A DNA stretch of 64,000 nucleotides from Marsupella aquatica (Eukaryota; Plantae; Marchantiophyta). The stretch covers positions 2,033,659-2,097,658 of the forward strand of contig OZ316895.1 in assembly GCA_973895155.1 (NCBI GenBank), in the 5' to 3' direction. A program made the translations under genes and the position numbers. This document shows positions 12,601 through 25,754 of this stretch, piece by piece. Each line of letters starts with the position of its first letter. Positions within the stretch are counted from its first letter, which is position 1. The notes below the pieces were generated by a model. The model worked only from the letters and a program-made list of their open reading frames with translations, ran no database searches and was not told the origin of the DNA.

Positions 12601-13676
12601 AGAGAGATAGGCCCCATTCTAATGGCAACACATGGCATTCACATAAAGCATATGTCATCATGCCCCTTCTTAGAGAATCTTTGTGCATACCAAAATATTT
12701 TGTGTTGTTTGGGTTAGAGATATTGTTTTTGACAAATGAAAGACAAGGATTAAAGGGCTTATAAATCCAAGGTCATGGAATCTTCTCTCCCAAAGTGATT
12801 TTGTAAAGGGATGACATCCACTTTTGGCGTGATAGGGTATTATAGTAGTAAGATTTCATTTCATGAACTTTCATCTGGGTTGTTTTCTTGTACTAATTAT
12901 TTTAATTTCCAATTTCCAATAATCTGGAACTTCTGTGGTAACGTACTCGCCATTTTAGGATACTAATTCCAAAATGGCTCAAAGATCTCAGAGATTGTCT
13001 GGCCCCAACACATTATTGACCTTATTGCCTTGTGTTGGAGTTTTGTTCGTGGAGTGTCTTTTAAATTTCTCTCACAGGCCACTGACCTGGAATCCTGGAT
13101 TCAGTGCTGATGTTCGTGCTAGATTTGTCTTTAGTTTGTCTTTTAACTTATGTTTGGCAATATATACAGAAGCGTGTTTTATCACACTGCTCTCACACGC
13201 TAGCTACAGTAGCTGTTTCTCCATTTGTCACACCGTATCGAGTCGCTCATTGCTCAATCCTGCTCAGTTCCTGTGTATAAGGTGCCCCTGTGAATATCCT
13301 GGCAATGACTCGTAGAACTCGTTGAATGAATCTCTGTCGATCTCTAAATTGTGGGGGAGCCTTGAATACTTGGATTCCCAGCTCAACTCCAATTATGGGC
13401 GATACACGTGGGCTACAATCGAACTAGGACTGTAAAAGCAAAAACTAATGGAACACTGAGGAAATTTTCATTTCAAACCTCAACCTGTGGGCATCTCATT
13501 AGCGGCTAACTTCGAGGAGAAGGACCCACCCACTGCAAAACATAACTAGTATGTGGGTCCAGCCCAATTCTTTTTTGGGTTGATGGTGCATTCAATAGAG
13601 TGTTGTGTATGGGCTAGATCACATTGTCAAAGTGCATTCAAAGGAGTGTTCTATATATGTATATATATGTAGGCTA

Positions 13677-14217
13677 CCGTCTTCCCCCGAACACAGCGCC
13701 CGGGCGTTGTGTTTGAAAGTTGAAAATTTAGTGTCCTTATACAAAAAAACATGTTTTCTTCGAACACAACGCCACTTTTACACAGCGCCCGGGCGCTGTG
13801 TTCGAATTTGGCATTGTGTTTGGGGATGACGTTGTGTTTGAACTTGGGCACTATGTTTGAATGAGGGGTTTGCTGTAGTGTCTTCCGTTACAATGAAGTG
13901 TTCGAAGTTGACATTATGTTGTCCGAGTGAGGACATTGTGAAAGCAAACAAAAAGTTATCGACAATGAGCGCACTGAAAGCAAATATGTTTCACATAATA
14001 ATTATATGCTTACCATTATAATTATATGCCACTATTCAAACACAACGTTAATTTTGAAACACAACGCCAATATTAGAACACAACGCCACATGTTACAAAA
14101 ATCCAAAACAAAGTGTCAAAACTCAAACACAACGCCCAGGGCTCACTAATCGAATATAACGCCCCTTGACTCACTATTCGAATATAGCGCCCGGGCGCTG
14201 TGTTCGGGGGAAGACGG
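13677..14217. mobile_element. 541-bp Tc1/mariner-pogo-type MITE with TA TSD
   Basis: Perfect ~30-bp TIR CCGTCTTCCCCCGAACACAGCGCCCGGGCG flanked by TA (13675-76, 14218-19). Many internal AACACAACGC subterminal repeats in inverted orientation. Confidence 0.9.
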
Positions 14218-15601
14218 TAGGTTAGATTGCCAAAGTGCATTGAAAGGAGCATTATAAATCTGTCATTTTAAATTCATGTGCATAAAATCTAATTTTGGTA
14301 AGAATGACATCTATTAAAGCTCATCTATAATAATAAAAGGATGCCACAAGAAAAATGATGGCTTGGATTTAATCACTAGTTGCAAATATCTATGATATTA
14401 TCTTGGGCAACATAGTTTGAAGATTCAATTTGTTAATACATGCTAATAAACCAAAATTCTCATCAATGTCCTAATGATCATGGCAAGTGGAAACAAAGAC
14501 AAAAACCATAAGTGTAGAATCATCATAGGTGTTGGAGAGAGAGGTCATATAGACCAACTTTCATGGGACTATGAACACTTGTTCTCTTGCATGATGTGGA
14601 TTATATAATCAATTGTACTTTATGATGTTATTTTGTCTTATTATTAAATGTAGCTTTCTCCATTATGTAGAGATTATAACTAACAAACTGAACAAAAATA
14701 GGTTGGATAGGAGAATTAGTGATGTTGTGTTCAATATTTATGGACTAATTTGTGGTTGTGGAGGCTGATTGGAGTTGAACTCATGACTCTTTTGGTGTGC
14801 CTAGGGTGATCATAGTGAGGTTTAATAGCATACTTCAAGCTAGGTGGGAGTATGGTTTACAAGAGACATTCAAGCTTGGAGGCGTACATCAAGTGGCAGA
14901 GTATTTTTTGTATGGCTCTCATCATGTGACCCAGGTAGGTTTGTAACATTGCATGTTTTGTTTAATAATTACAGTTTGTATGGATTTTATTAGTTGTGAA
15001 GTGGCCCAATGTCCTTTCAATTCAATGGTTGAGCCCCCCTCTTCACCCTTTCTTGAGATGAAGATTTTAATCTTGGTTGCTAGACAAACTTGGGAGAGTT
15101 TACGAATTATTTTATAATCAATAGCAAGCTCAACTTTTTGACAACACTTGAAATACAGGTTTGCCTTCTTTCTCTTCTCTCCTTATGGTCCAGAAGTGTG
15201 ATTGCTAATATATTTTGTGATAAAAATATTTCAAATATTTGTTCAATTCCAAGATTTCACCTTAGTCCATTGATTTTTGATAATTATTTCTAGATAAAAG
15301 AAAGTGAAAAGTTCTAATTTGCAACATGATATTCAGATCTAAACTTAGTGAACTGTTTGACCTGGAAATTGGAGTTTCATATTTTACTTGTAAATACTTT
15401 TTCAGATCTTGACAACTGAAAAGATGTAAATATTGATAGTCTATCTAAGGAACTTTGTTACAAAGAAAGGCATAAGAAGACTTTAGATTGAGAGTTATTT
15501 CCTTTTGAAATTCCTTTTCCAATAGAAATAGCAAAAGCAAGATCAACATTTGATTCTACTCTTAACATAACATTGTCTTTATGTTAAAAATTAAGAAGAT
15601 C

Positions 15602-15881
15602 ACAAGTTAAGGCATCTTGGTGCCCACATCCAGAAGGTTGGTGTACTTTTTGACCCCAATTATACCTTTAAACTTAACAAGGTTACAAGTTAAGGCATTC
15701 TGGTGCACACATCCGCAAGGGTCGGTGTACTGTTTGACCCCAATTGTAACTTTAACATTAATAAGGTTACAAGTTAAGGCATTATGGTGCACACATCCGC
15801 AACGGTCGGTGTACTGTTTGACCCCAATTGTAACTTTGAAATTGATAAGGTTATGAGTTAAGATATTAAGGTGCACACATC
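15602..15881. repeat. Tandem repeat, 83-84-bp unit, about 3.3 copies
   Basis: acaagttaaggcat recurs at 15602, 15685 and 15769. Confidence 0.9.
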
Positions 15882-17589
15882 CTTAAGTAGGCTTAGCGTA
15901 ACTGAGATTGGATTACGATAAATTGTCATATCAATATATTTTTAACTCACAATTTGGAGCTAAGTTTGAGCTCCAACTTTAATGCTAGATTCCCCAGCTT
16001 TACTCTATCCCATAGAGAATGTTCAGTCCATTTGGTTGAGTAGAACAAAAATGATTTATTTTAGAGATCCATGTTGATTTTGGCTTCAACTTAGTTGACC
16101 CACATTACTGGCCCATATTTAATAATTACTCTTTTGAGTGACAACTAGCATAGATTTGACATGCATTATACTTCTCACACACACTACTATTCTTGCACGT
16201 GCCTCCATTCTCGCACATATGGCAATTTTTACACAAGTGACTTTATTGTGCATCAACCCAGTTGCACAACTCTCATCATTGATCAACAAACATCAATGGT
16301 TAAGACTAGCTTGTTATCTTATTTTATTACCCAAAGTACTATCCAAGTTTTTGTTTAAATTTGGCATCAAAGAATGTGTATCATTCTTGCAAATGAACCC
16401 AACATTTTCTTCACAGTTGCCACACGAGTGTCTTGAATGCTCACACGAGTGATACAACACGTTGTGCAATCTCCACCATTGATAAGTAAAATCCAACGGA
16501 TAAGAATGAATGGATGACATGGAATATTCTCTGAATTTATAAATTTGCAAGAGTCTCTAACTGGACCCGTAATGAGTGACAAAACAACGCTGAAGCTCAA
16601 AGTTCAATTTCCCCAAGGCTGGCTGATTTACTGGACTAATTAGCTTGAACCAATTTCTGGATTTCCTGCAATTAAAAACTGTAATACAAAATCACTTTTT
16701 ATTACAATGGCGTCTTAAAGAATATAGGATTCTCTACGCCTAAAGAAATGGGCAAAGCCAAGCTAGAAGGGGCAATGAAAAACTTCAAATCATAGAGTTT
16801 TTTGTGCCAAAAAAAAAAGCAGCAAAGCAAAGCATAGCAGAGCTAGAAAGGGTAATGAAAAACCAGTATGTGGGTCTAGTTGTGAATTGTTTAGTAACAT
16901 CATTGAGCTTTAAATTTCCAACCACTTTTCTCTCAATTGGACTCTACCAAAAGGAAAGTTGTTTGATGTGATAAGGGAAGGTGGGGGAGGGAGAATTAGG
17001 ATGTAGGGTTCTTTTACAAGTGCCCCATCCATAACAACATTGTTGAGAGTAGCAAGGGTTAACAACTTAATTGTTGATACTTAACTCAAGCAAGTGGTTA
17101 AATAGGTTAACTCTCCTAACACAATGTACTTTACCATGAATTAGTGCTGCTAAGGTTAGACTAGTGGGGAGGGCCTATACCTTGGAGGAACACTTCATTG
17201 TGCCCACACTAGATATCAATGGTGAAGAGTTGGAGAGTGGAGAGAGAGAAGAGTATAGTGTTATGGAGCTCAGCATGTGATTTGTCAAGCTATGGCCAAT
17301 GTATGGTGTTAATATATTTAGTCAATTTTTCCTTTTGGTCAAGGACGCACCCTAAACAGGGTGAACCAAACTTCTTTAAGTCAACACATGTATCTCAACA
17401 CAACTAGCAATAAGGATGTCCATTCATATGCGAAAAGACATTCATTACACAACCCTTCCATGCCACATTGATTTGTAGATTGATTGAATTGTTTTTTTTT
17501 TTTGAGGAATAAAGGGGGAAAGAGGGTGAGGACCACTCAAACCCAAATAAACAAGAGAGCAAGCACTCCTATAATGAATACTGTTTTTC

Positions 17590-18600
17590 TTTAGGTCCTC
17601 CTAGGTCAGATCTGCCTGGGTCAAATCAGCTTAGAAGGCATTTAATTATGTCTTATGTGGCATACTAATCAGACAAATGTGGGCTATCTTTGCCTATTTT
17701 TTATTCTTGACCCCATGCTCCATTGGTACTAAGATTTTGCCACAGTATATATGGTCACCATGTCTATCTATGAGCTCTAAAACTTTCAACTTTTAAATCA
17801 AGTACAAATGAAAGTAAAAAATGCTGGACCCTGCTCTAAGTTTTGAATTCAGCATATATAACATCAGAAAATGTCAATTTGGCTTAGGTAAGGTCGGCTG
17901 GGGTCAGATCTGCTTAGGTCAGGTCAACTTAAGGTCACCTTAGATAAAGCAGCTCAAGTGAAATCATCTTAGGTAAATCACCCTAAGAAGAGAGTTGTGT
18001 ACAGTGTGACAAACTGATCATTGGCTATCTTTGTCTCCCGCTTTGTCTATTTTATATATCTTTGAATGTACATTTTGATGTCTCAACTTCAAGTTCCAAT
18101 GATACTCAATTTTTACCAGAGTATACGGCTATGTCTATACTATTAGATAGTAAACTCACACCTTTTTTATCCAATAGAAATGAAATAAAAAATGCACAAC
18201 GTTGGTAAGAATTTTGAAGTTAGCTTAGATAGATTAGGTTGGCAACGGTCAACTTGGCTTAGACAAGGTTTTTTCTGGTCAGATTGGCTCAGTTGAGGTC
18301 AGCTCAGGTCTGATCTGCCTGTGTCAACTTGGCTTAAGGTCGGCTTAGGTAAATTTGCTTAGAAGGCATTTGTGTCACAATATGTGTGTTCAGTGGAAAA
18401 CTAAACATTGACTAGCTTTGCGTTTGCCTTATTCTTAACTTTTACCTTCATTGGTACTTACTAAGATTTTATTAAAATAGACCACCATGTCTATTCTGTA
18501 AGTGATAAACTTGGAGTTATTTTTATCCATTGCAATATAAATGAATTTAAAAAGCACAAAAATGATCTAAATGATGAAGTTGGCTTAGTCAGCTTCAGTG
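17590..18600. repeat. Diverged tandem repeat, ~360-bp unit, about 3 copies, with internal GGCTTAGGTC-like 10-mers
   Basis: Anchors atgtctat (~17760, ~18130, ~18487) and ggtcagatctgcc-like motifs recur with a ~360-bp period. Confidence 0.7.
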
Positions 18601-19676
18601 CACAAGCAAGTTTTGCTTGATTGGCGGGGAATCACACTCCTGCAATCCACTTAGAGTCCTCCTAAGAAAAGTTCTGAAGAGTTGCACACAAGGACATCCA
18701 ACAAGTTGTAACTTAAAGCCAACTAACACATCATTTGAATTTTTTCATACCCTCATCCCTCAAGAAGCCCAAGAAGGAGCCTGTCCCAAACATTTAACAC
18801 TACTACAAACACTGTAGATAAGTCCAACCTGATTTGAAGGTTCTCATGTGCCCTTGTTGCGTAGTGCATCCTTAGATCAACTACAGGCTTCAGGGGCACC
18901 AAAAAGAATGGAATTGGATACTTTGTCACTATTTTATGTTAAGTCATTATAATCCCACTATTTACACTCTTGATTAACCAAAGTAACTCTGGCTAGCTAG
19001 TTGGAATGATCCAATGGTGGAACCATTGAGTGTTGCAAGGACTTGAGGGTAAAATATTAGTTGAGGTTTAATTTTGGTAATGTTATATAATTCCTATCAT
19101 CAGCCATTAAGGGCTCTTCAGGACATATTTGAAGTTTTGGGTGATTGGTTGTAATGCAAAACTAGCTCAATACCTGTGCATTACACCAGAGATATTGTTA
19201 TGCAAATTGAAGATGTTCTAGTGTAAAAGATGTCATTACCCAAAAGATGACATTACATAAAAGATGACATTACATAAAAGATGATATTGCATAAAAGATG
19301 TCCTTGTGCAAAAGATGTACAAAATATATCATTGCAGAAAGTATGCTGTTATGCAAAGGATGTTACAGTGGAATAAAAGATATAGGTATGTAAAAGAATA
19401 TGTTGCATACAAATTATCATTGCGTTCCCCTTTTCTCATCCATTGAGCTTTGAAGGCCATGTCTTCCCATCCATGTGCCTTCTACTTTCTCCTTCATCAT
19501 CGCCCCTTTTTTTTTCCAGTCTCTTTGACCCCTTCCATGTTTTGCTTCACAGTCTTTTGTTGGCATGAAAAAAGTCAAAATTTGGAAAACAACCATGATA
19601 GTGCAAAAGTCTCCTCATTTTGGTTGGGTTGTTAGTGTTGTAAAATTGTTATTAGTTTGATCATTGTTGTTGTTGT

Positions 19677-19945
19677 CCGCGGTCCTCACTTATTTTCTTT
19701 CGACCCATAATGCATGAATAAGTAAAAGGTTTTTTTATTGGATTTTGTGAAAGACTAATAAATTTTTGTGGACGAACACTAGGGCTGTTTTAATCAATTT
19801 CTGAATAAGAATATTCTGAAAAGTCAAAAGAATTAGTGGTTAACAAAAATGAGCGATTAAAATTTTTACTTATGTTTAATGTGTTGTTGCCCCAAAATTT
19901 TGTGTGTGATATGAGACCCCCTGGGCGTAAGGCCCTCGAGATTAT
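19677..19945 (+). mobile_element. Truncated copy of the left arm of the 1368-1996 foldback element
   Basis: tccgcggtcctcacttattttctttcgacccataatgcatgaataagta... is similar to cccggggtcctcgcttctttttcttccgacccatcatgcgcgaataagta... Confidence 0.7.
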
Positions 19946-21449
19946 TGTTGTGAAAGTGTTGCTATTGGGGAGAGAAAAGGTTTGTGCATGGGCACGTGCG
20001 GCGGGTGTCCATGTATGGTCACGCAATATGAGGGAGTGTTTTTATTTTATTTTTATTAATTTATTAATTTATTAATTTATTTATTAATTTATTTTTTTAT
20101 TTGTAGGTGACTGTTAATATGTATATTTAAATAATAGTCTAGATATTCAGATTTTTCCAAAATTTCCAAATTTTATTTTAATTTTCGTTTTGGGCAGATG
20201 CGAGCAGGCATTGTGACAGACATTTGAGGTGTGAGGAGAGTCTAGGCGGATCTGATGGTACCTAAAAAATCCATTTTTGATAAAGGGCTAGGATTGACTC
20301 TTTTTTTCCTTATTTTGTACCCTCATTCCATTATGACATGGTTAAGAAAAATGAGGGACATGCATCTATTTTTTGGTATGACATGATCTAAGATTCTAAT
20401 ACAATCTGACACGGGTTCTCATTTTTGTCCCACATGATTCTGCATACAAGTGTCCCCACATGCAAGGAATACACAAATGTTCCCACAAACAAGAAATCTA
20501 GATGCTCCAATTAGAAACATCCAATGGCTGAGAATCAAGTATTCACTTTTGTCCCACATGAGTGTTCACACAAGTGCTCACACATGAAAAGAATCCAGAT
20601 GGTTCAATTAGATGGATCCAATGGTTTAGAATTTATGGGATGATGTGGATTTTTCACAGAATTTTCACAATTACAAGAGTCTCTAACTAGACCCGTAACA
20701 ATGGCAAAAGGGGCAGGAGAATAATTATTTGTATACTCCATTTGATACTCCTCATCCCCGAGAGAACTCTTATATACAAGGGTTTACATTTTTATATTGA
20801 ACTAAAAATTAAGTTGGCTATAAGAAAAATTCCAATTTGAGAAAACTTTGGGTTTACACTTAAAGAAAATTTGAAGTCATATAAAAGGTTTGTTTTCTTC
20901 TTTCTTCACATAAAATTAAAAAATATTATTAAACATGTTGTAATTTTTATTCAAAGATTTTGAATTTTAAGAAAAGTCCCCCAAAGCTGGCTAGTTTGGC
21001 TGTAGACCTCTATATTAAAAACAATTCATATAATTTGGTTTTGATCAAAATTTTCCCTATGATCAAAACATGTTTAATTCTTTTTACAGTTATATCTTTG
21101 GATTCCTTCAGTTGAGAGGTACAAGATTTTAGTAGGCTAAAATGAAAAATTCTTTCACATGATCAATTGGATATAAATTCATTATAAAGAATAAAAATTG
21201 CCTTATGAAAAGGGGAGTTGCTTACCCGGGCTCCTCATCAATGTTCTTGCAAGTAGAGTTCCTTCATTTGATCTCCTCAAGGTACTTTTAAGTTCATGGT
21301 CCACTGCCATTGTCTTCTTTGTATTTATTATTTGTATTCCCCTAGTACCCCAATGTATTCCCCTTTTCATTGCCCCTCCCCACAGTATTGGCACAATTGA
21401 ATATATATTTGGATGCGATAACAAGGGAGTGCTAGTAGAAAACACTGTA

Positions 21450-22150
21450 TTTTATGACGGAAACAATGACTATTAATCAGGTCTTTTTAACAAAACAATG
21501 ACGCAATCGTTCTTGTCTTTCCAGACACGTCACAACGGACATTTTGGTCACGGTCCTTTTGGACAAATGACATTAAAAACATGTGGTCATTTCATACTAT
21601 CCTAAATGACCATTTTTATGATATGGTCATAAATGTTGAACGGTCCAAAATGACGACAAAAATCACCATCTACGGTCAATTGCCGTTGACCGTCGACGAT
21701 CCCCGTACCCAATCACACAATGACACGTGGCAATCAAAAAACAAATAACATTGGTCATTTTGGACTTGTCTAAAATGACGTACATTATATAACAAATCAA
21801 ATAGTGACACGTGGTTCAAAGAGGATTCACCATTTGGCAATATATTTGTGTCATTTTGGACGTGTCCAAAATGACTACGGTATAAACAAGTCATATTGAG
21901 ACACGTGGTTCAATTGGGAGGAGACACGTAAAGATACACATTAGTCATTAATGACATGTCTTGAATGACATAAAGTGAGTCATAGTGGACTTGTTTATGA
22001 TGACCATGAGAACGGTCATTGTATATGTCATTCTTTGAATCATTTAGTCTATGTCTTTAATGACCAGAGTTGAGTCATATTGGTCACAAAGATAGTTATG
22101 GATAATGACCATTACATCAGTCATTCTAGCCAGTCATTCAGGTGAAGTAT
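21450..22150. repeat. Left subterminal repeat region of CACTA (ATGAC/GTCAT motifs)
   Basis: Dozens of aatgac and gtcatt motifs in direct and inverted orientation. Confidence 0.85.
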
Positions 22151-22489
22151 TCAATGATTTGGAGAAATTCAAATTTAAGTGATCATGATAGATAAAACTT
22201 CATGTCAATCAAAAATCATACATTACAAAGCCATTCAATAGATTTGTTGAATGAAAACTTAAAGAAACATTCGATATATATCACAAATCCAATTGACATT
22301 CATACAAGATATTCATAAGTCTCACGGTAACTATTGAACTCAATGCAAATTTATGAAACAAAATTACATTGACATCAATAATATTAGATTGTCAATTGTT
22401 ACAACCTGACATACCAATCACTGCATGTTTATAGAAAAACAGAGTTGTCATTCTATCATGTCTATTGTTTCTTGACAGAGTGCTATTTC

Positions 22490-25400
22490 TATTGCTTCTT
22501 AAGCAATCTAGAGTTTCATAGGGCATTCATCCCTTTCACATCAGATAATTTAGACTGGTTCTCCCCTGCATTGGCAAATGGCAATGCCACATCTACAAAC
22601 ACTTCAATCACACGCACTCACAAGAAAGGGCTTTCAAAATCTGCACAATGAAACTTATCTTCTCCTGGCAGCCCTGTCACCTCACCTTCTGCCACTATCA
22701 TGGAATTGTCCACAACGCTCTTCATCTTCACCAAATCTCCTCTTGCAAACTGTGAACAACACATTTTGTTAAAAATGCAATAAACAGAAATTGAAAGATA
22801 GAAGAACACTCAAATCAAACACACATTTACCTTTGCAATGGGGTTAGGAGACTGCATTGGTTTCTTCTGTGCAAGTGATGCATTTGCTGAGGATGCTTTC
22901 TTCCTTTTCTTCTTTCCCTTTCTAGTTGATGGAGTGTCATCCTGCTCACTTGGAACAGGAGTTTCTTTTGGCAACTCAGATGATTCTGGGGTTACATCTG
23001 GTGTCAACTGAGTCGACTTATCCTCTGGCAACTGAAAGGCATCTGAAATGGCTTCTTTGGGCAACTTAGATGGCAAAAGGTTCACTTCCAATAATTCAGT
23101 TTGCTTCAGAGTACTGTTAGCTGTGTCAGTTGGTCTTCCCTGTGACACAGGAGGCTCCCCTAAAGATGCTGTCATAAAACACACACAAAAGAAATGCATA
23201 AACAAACATGTATACACCAGCAACATATAATCACACTAAAAACATGCAAGAACATTATAAACATGCAATGACATATACACATCACAATAATTACATTGAA
23301 TGGACAGTGTATACATGATAGAGAATTTTACCTTCATTATCGCCTGAAAAAGTAAGAGATCGCTTTCTACTACCTTGTTTGGTAGCTGTAGTCAACTTAC
23401 TGTGACTAGGCACAACTGTTGGAACTTGTGCATTACTGGTTTGATGTGCCATCCACGTAGTCATCATGTTTGTCAACTCCCTCACAGTGCCTTTCAACTT
23501 AGCGACATCCAATTTCACAGCCCCAATGGCAGTGATCTCTTCTTTTGAATGTGGGGTCTGTAAATGAACCACAAACCAACACAACATTCTCACTGTCAAA
23601 CTTACAAACGACACAACACTCTGTCAAATGGAGAATGATGTACAAATCAAATTGGTATGACAATACTCACAGCTGATCCATGTCTGTATCCTTGCCCCAG
23701 TAAGCTAGCACTTTTACCCTCCCCACTTGCCAATGATGGGCTCACCTTTGCTCCCACAAAACTACCAGTTTGACCTTCTGCACTTGCCAATGATGGGCTC
23801 ATTGTCACCTTTGGCAATGAACCCTGACTACCATGGTTTTCTTTCAGGTCAGATATACCTGGGCTTGATCCTCTCTTCTGCTTCTGTTCAAACACACAAT
23901 GAATGAGAATCACAGAGTATGTTTTCATGAAGATTCACAAACAAGACAGAATTGATAGTGAAAATGATAGACAATTTACCATTCTCTTTGCTGCTGCAGC
24001 ATGCCCTCCTCTTCCAAAGTGAGAGGTATCTTGCACTCGTGCTCTTTTATCAGTCATCTGTTTACTCAAAGATATCAATGCTGGACTGGTAAAATGAGAT
24101 ACCAAAGCTGCCCATTTCTTTGGATCAACACCAGATGGCCCAGGTTTGGTTGGATCCTCATTGCAAACTTTCTTCCAATAAACATGCATTTTATGGCGCT
24201 CTCTCTTCAATATGCCACGACAATGTCTCTGGAATTTGGTCTTAATAAATTCCCCACCCACATACTTCCACTCAGCTGCCATGTTATTCCACACTGTGGT
24301 TGTATGAACTTGTGGATGATCAGTCCATTTTGGCTTTGATACATCAAAGACTCTGAGTACGTTGCCACGAAGTTCCTCCAGCCAGTATTGTTTGTTGCCA
24401 TCAGAATCATCAATATCATTGTCATAAATCTGCATTTCACAGACAATGTCAATTCATAACTCTGGAATTTATGCAGAGTCCAGGTTTTATACACACAACA
24501 ACAGAGAGGATCAGATTTGTCTAAATCTACATTCAAAAAAAGTACAATACTCACTTTAATGTGTTTGGGCAAATCTCCATGATCCCTTCGTTGTTTGGCA
24601 GTATTATCAAACTGCTTCTTAGCATGCCTTCGTTCCCTGCGCATCTCAGAGGCCCTGCCTGCAATGCACACACATGCATTCAATCAAAAAATATGTACAT
24701 GATTGAAAAGTTGAGCAAATGCTCTTGCATATGCATGATGAGCAGATTGTGTATTACCTGAAGATCCTCTGGAATGTAGTACATCAGATTGACCTGATCT
24801 GCCTTCAGATGCTGATGGAACCACTAAACAAACACACAACACCAAAGCACTTCAATTAATTTCATTTCCAAGTAGAATATCAACTTCCAAACACACCTGA
24901 AAAGTAGAACAGTACAATCCACTCACTTTCATATAAGAGTCCAGTGTCTGGGTCTTTCCAACATCTCACCAGCCCACCTCCACCAGGCCCAGTCTTCTTA
25001 GGACCACGATTTTGTTTCTGTACCTACATCATGGACAAACGTAAGCATATCAACATATAATTTGAAAAAGGGACAAGGATCCCTTCCTATTAGGATGATG
25101 AAGTTCAAGCATTACCTGTTGTTCACTCTCTGGTTCTGACCCTCCAATGTCAGAGTCCTCAGTGTCATACTCAGAAGGAGAACCATAGCCATCATCACCA
25201 CACTCTGCCATGTTCACCTTGGTAACTTCTGATAGTCTAGAGCTCCTCCTCTTTGGCAATGTTTCAGTTGAAGTACCTTTCACCAAAGTAGGCTTTCCTC
25301 TCTCTCGTTGTACATGTGTGGTTGGGCCTCTAAGGAACAAAGCAATCATCAACATACACCAATGTAGATCAAACATACATGCAAAATGAATCTACAACAC

Positions 25401-25660
25401 CGTAACACTAGTACTTATGTACAGGATCCATACTAGTATGAGACCAATCTGGAATATGAAAACAGAACATGAACCTGACAACTTCATTTACTGAATGAAA
25501 TTTGCAACAGACATATTAACACACACATCAGCATGCAGCCTGGCCCCAGTCCTAGATCATGCATAATTTTGACATTATGCTCTATGTTCCGCTTTCGGGC
25601 CTCCTCATAAGGATTCACAGAATGTGACAACCCCTGCAATCTTCCTTTCACAGGCTGCAT
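22490..25660 (-). pseudogene. Multi-exon TnpA-like (En/Spm ORF2) gene, decayed; exon structure only partly resolved
   Basis: Candidate ATG at 25660 (MQPVKG...NPYEEARKRNIEHN...LGL). Exon ~23980-24430 has a Ptta/En/Spm-type motif (PSGVDPKKWAALVSHF...SHFGRGG). Last exon ~22490-22750 has a TNP1-like motif (VAEGEV...FH...V.V..VALPF) with an in-frame TGA at 22618. GT-AG introns lie between the ORF pieces. Confidence 0.7.
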
Positions 25661-25754
25661 TCACCAACTGCACAAATGGGTAAACCATTAGTCTGATTTC
25701 ATATATAGTCCATACATGTAGTCCATCTATGGACTTCACACACCTAAAACCTAT

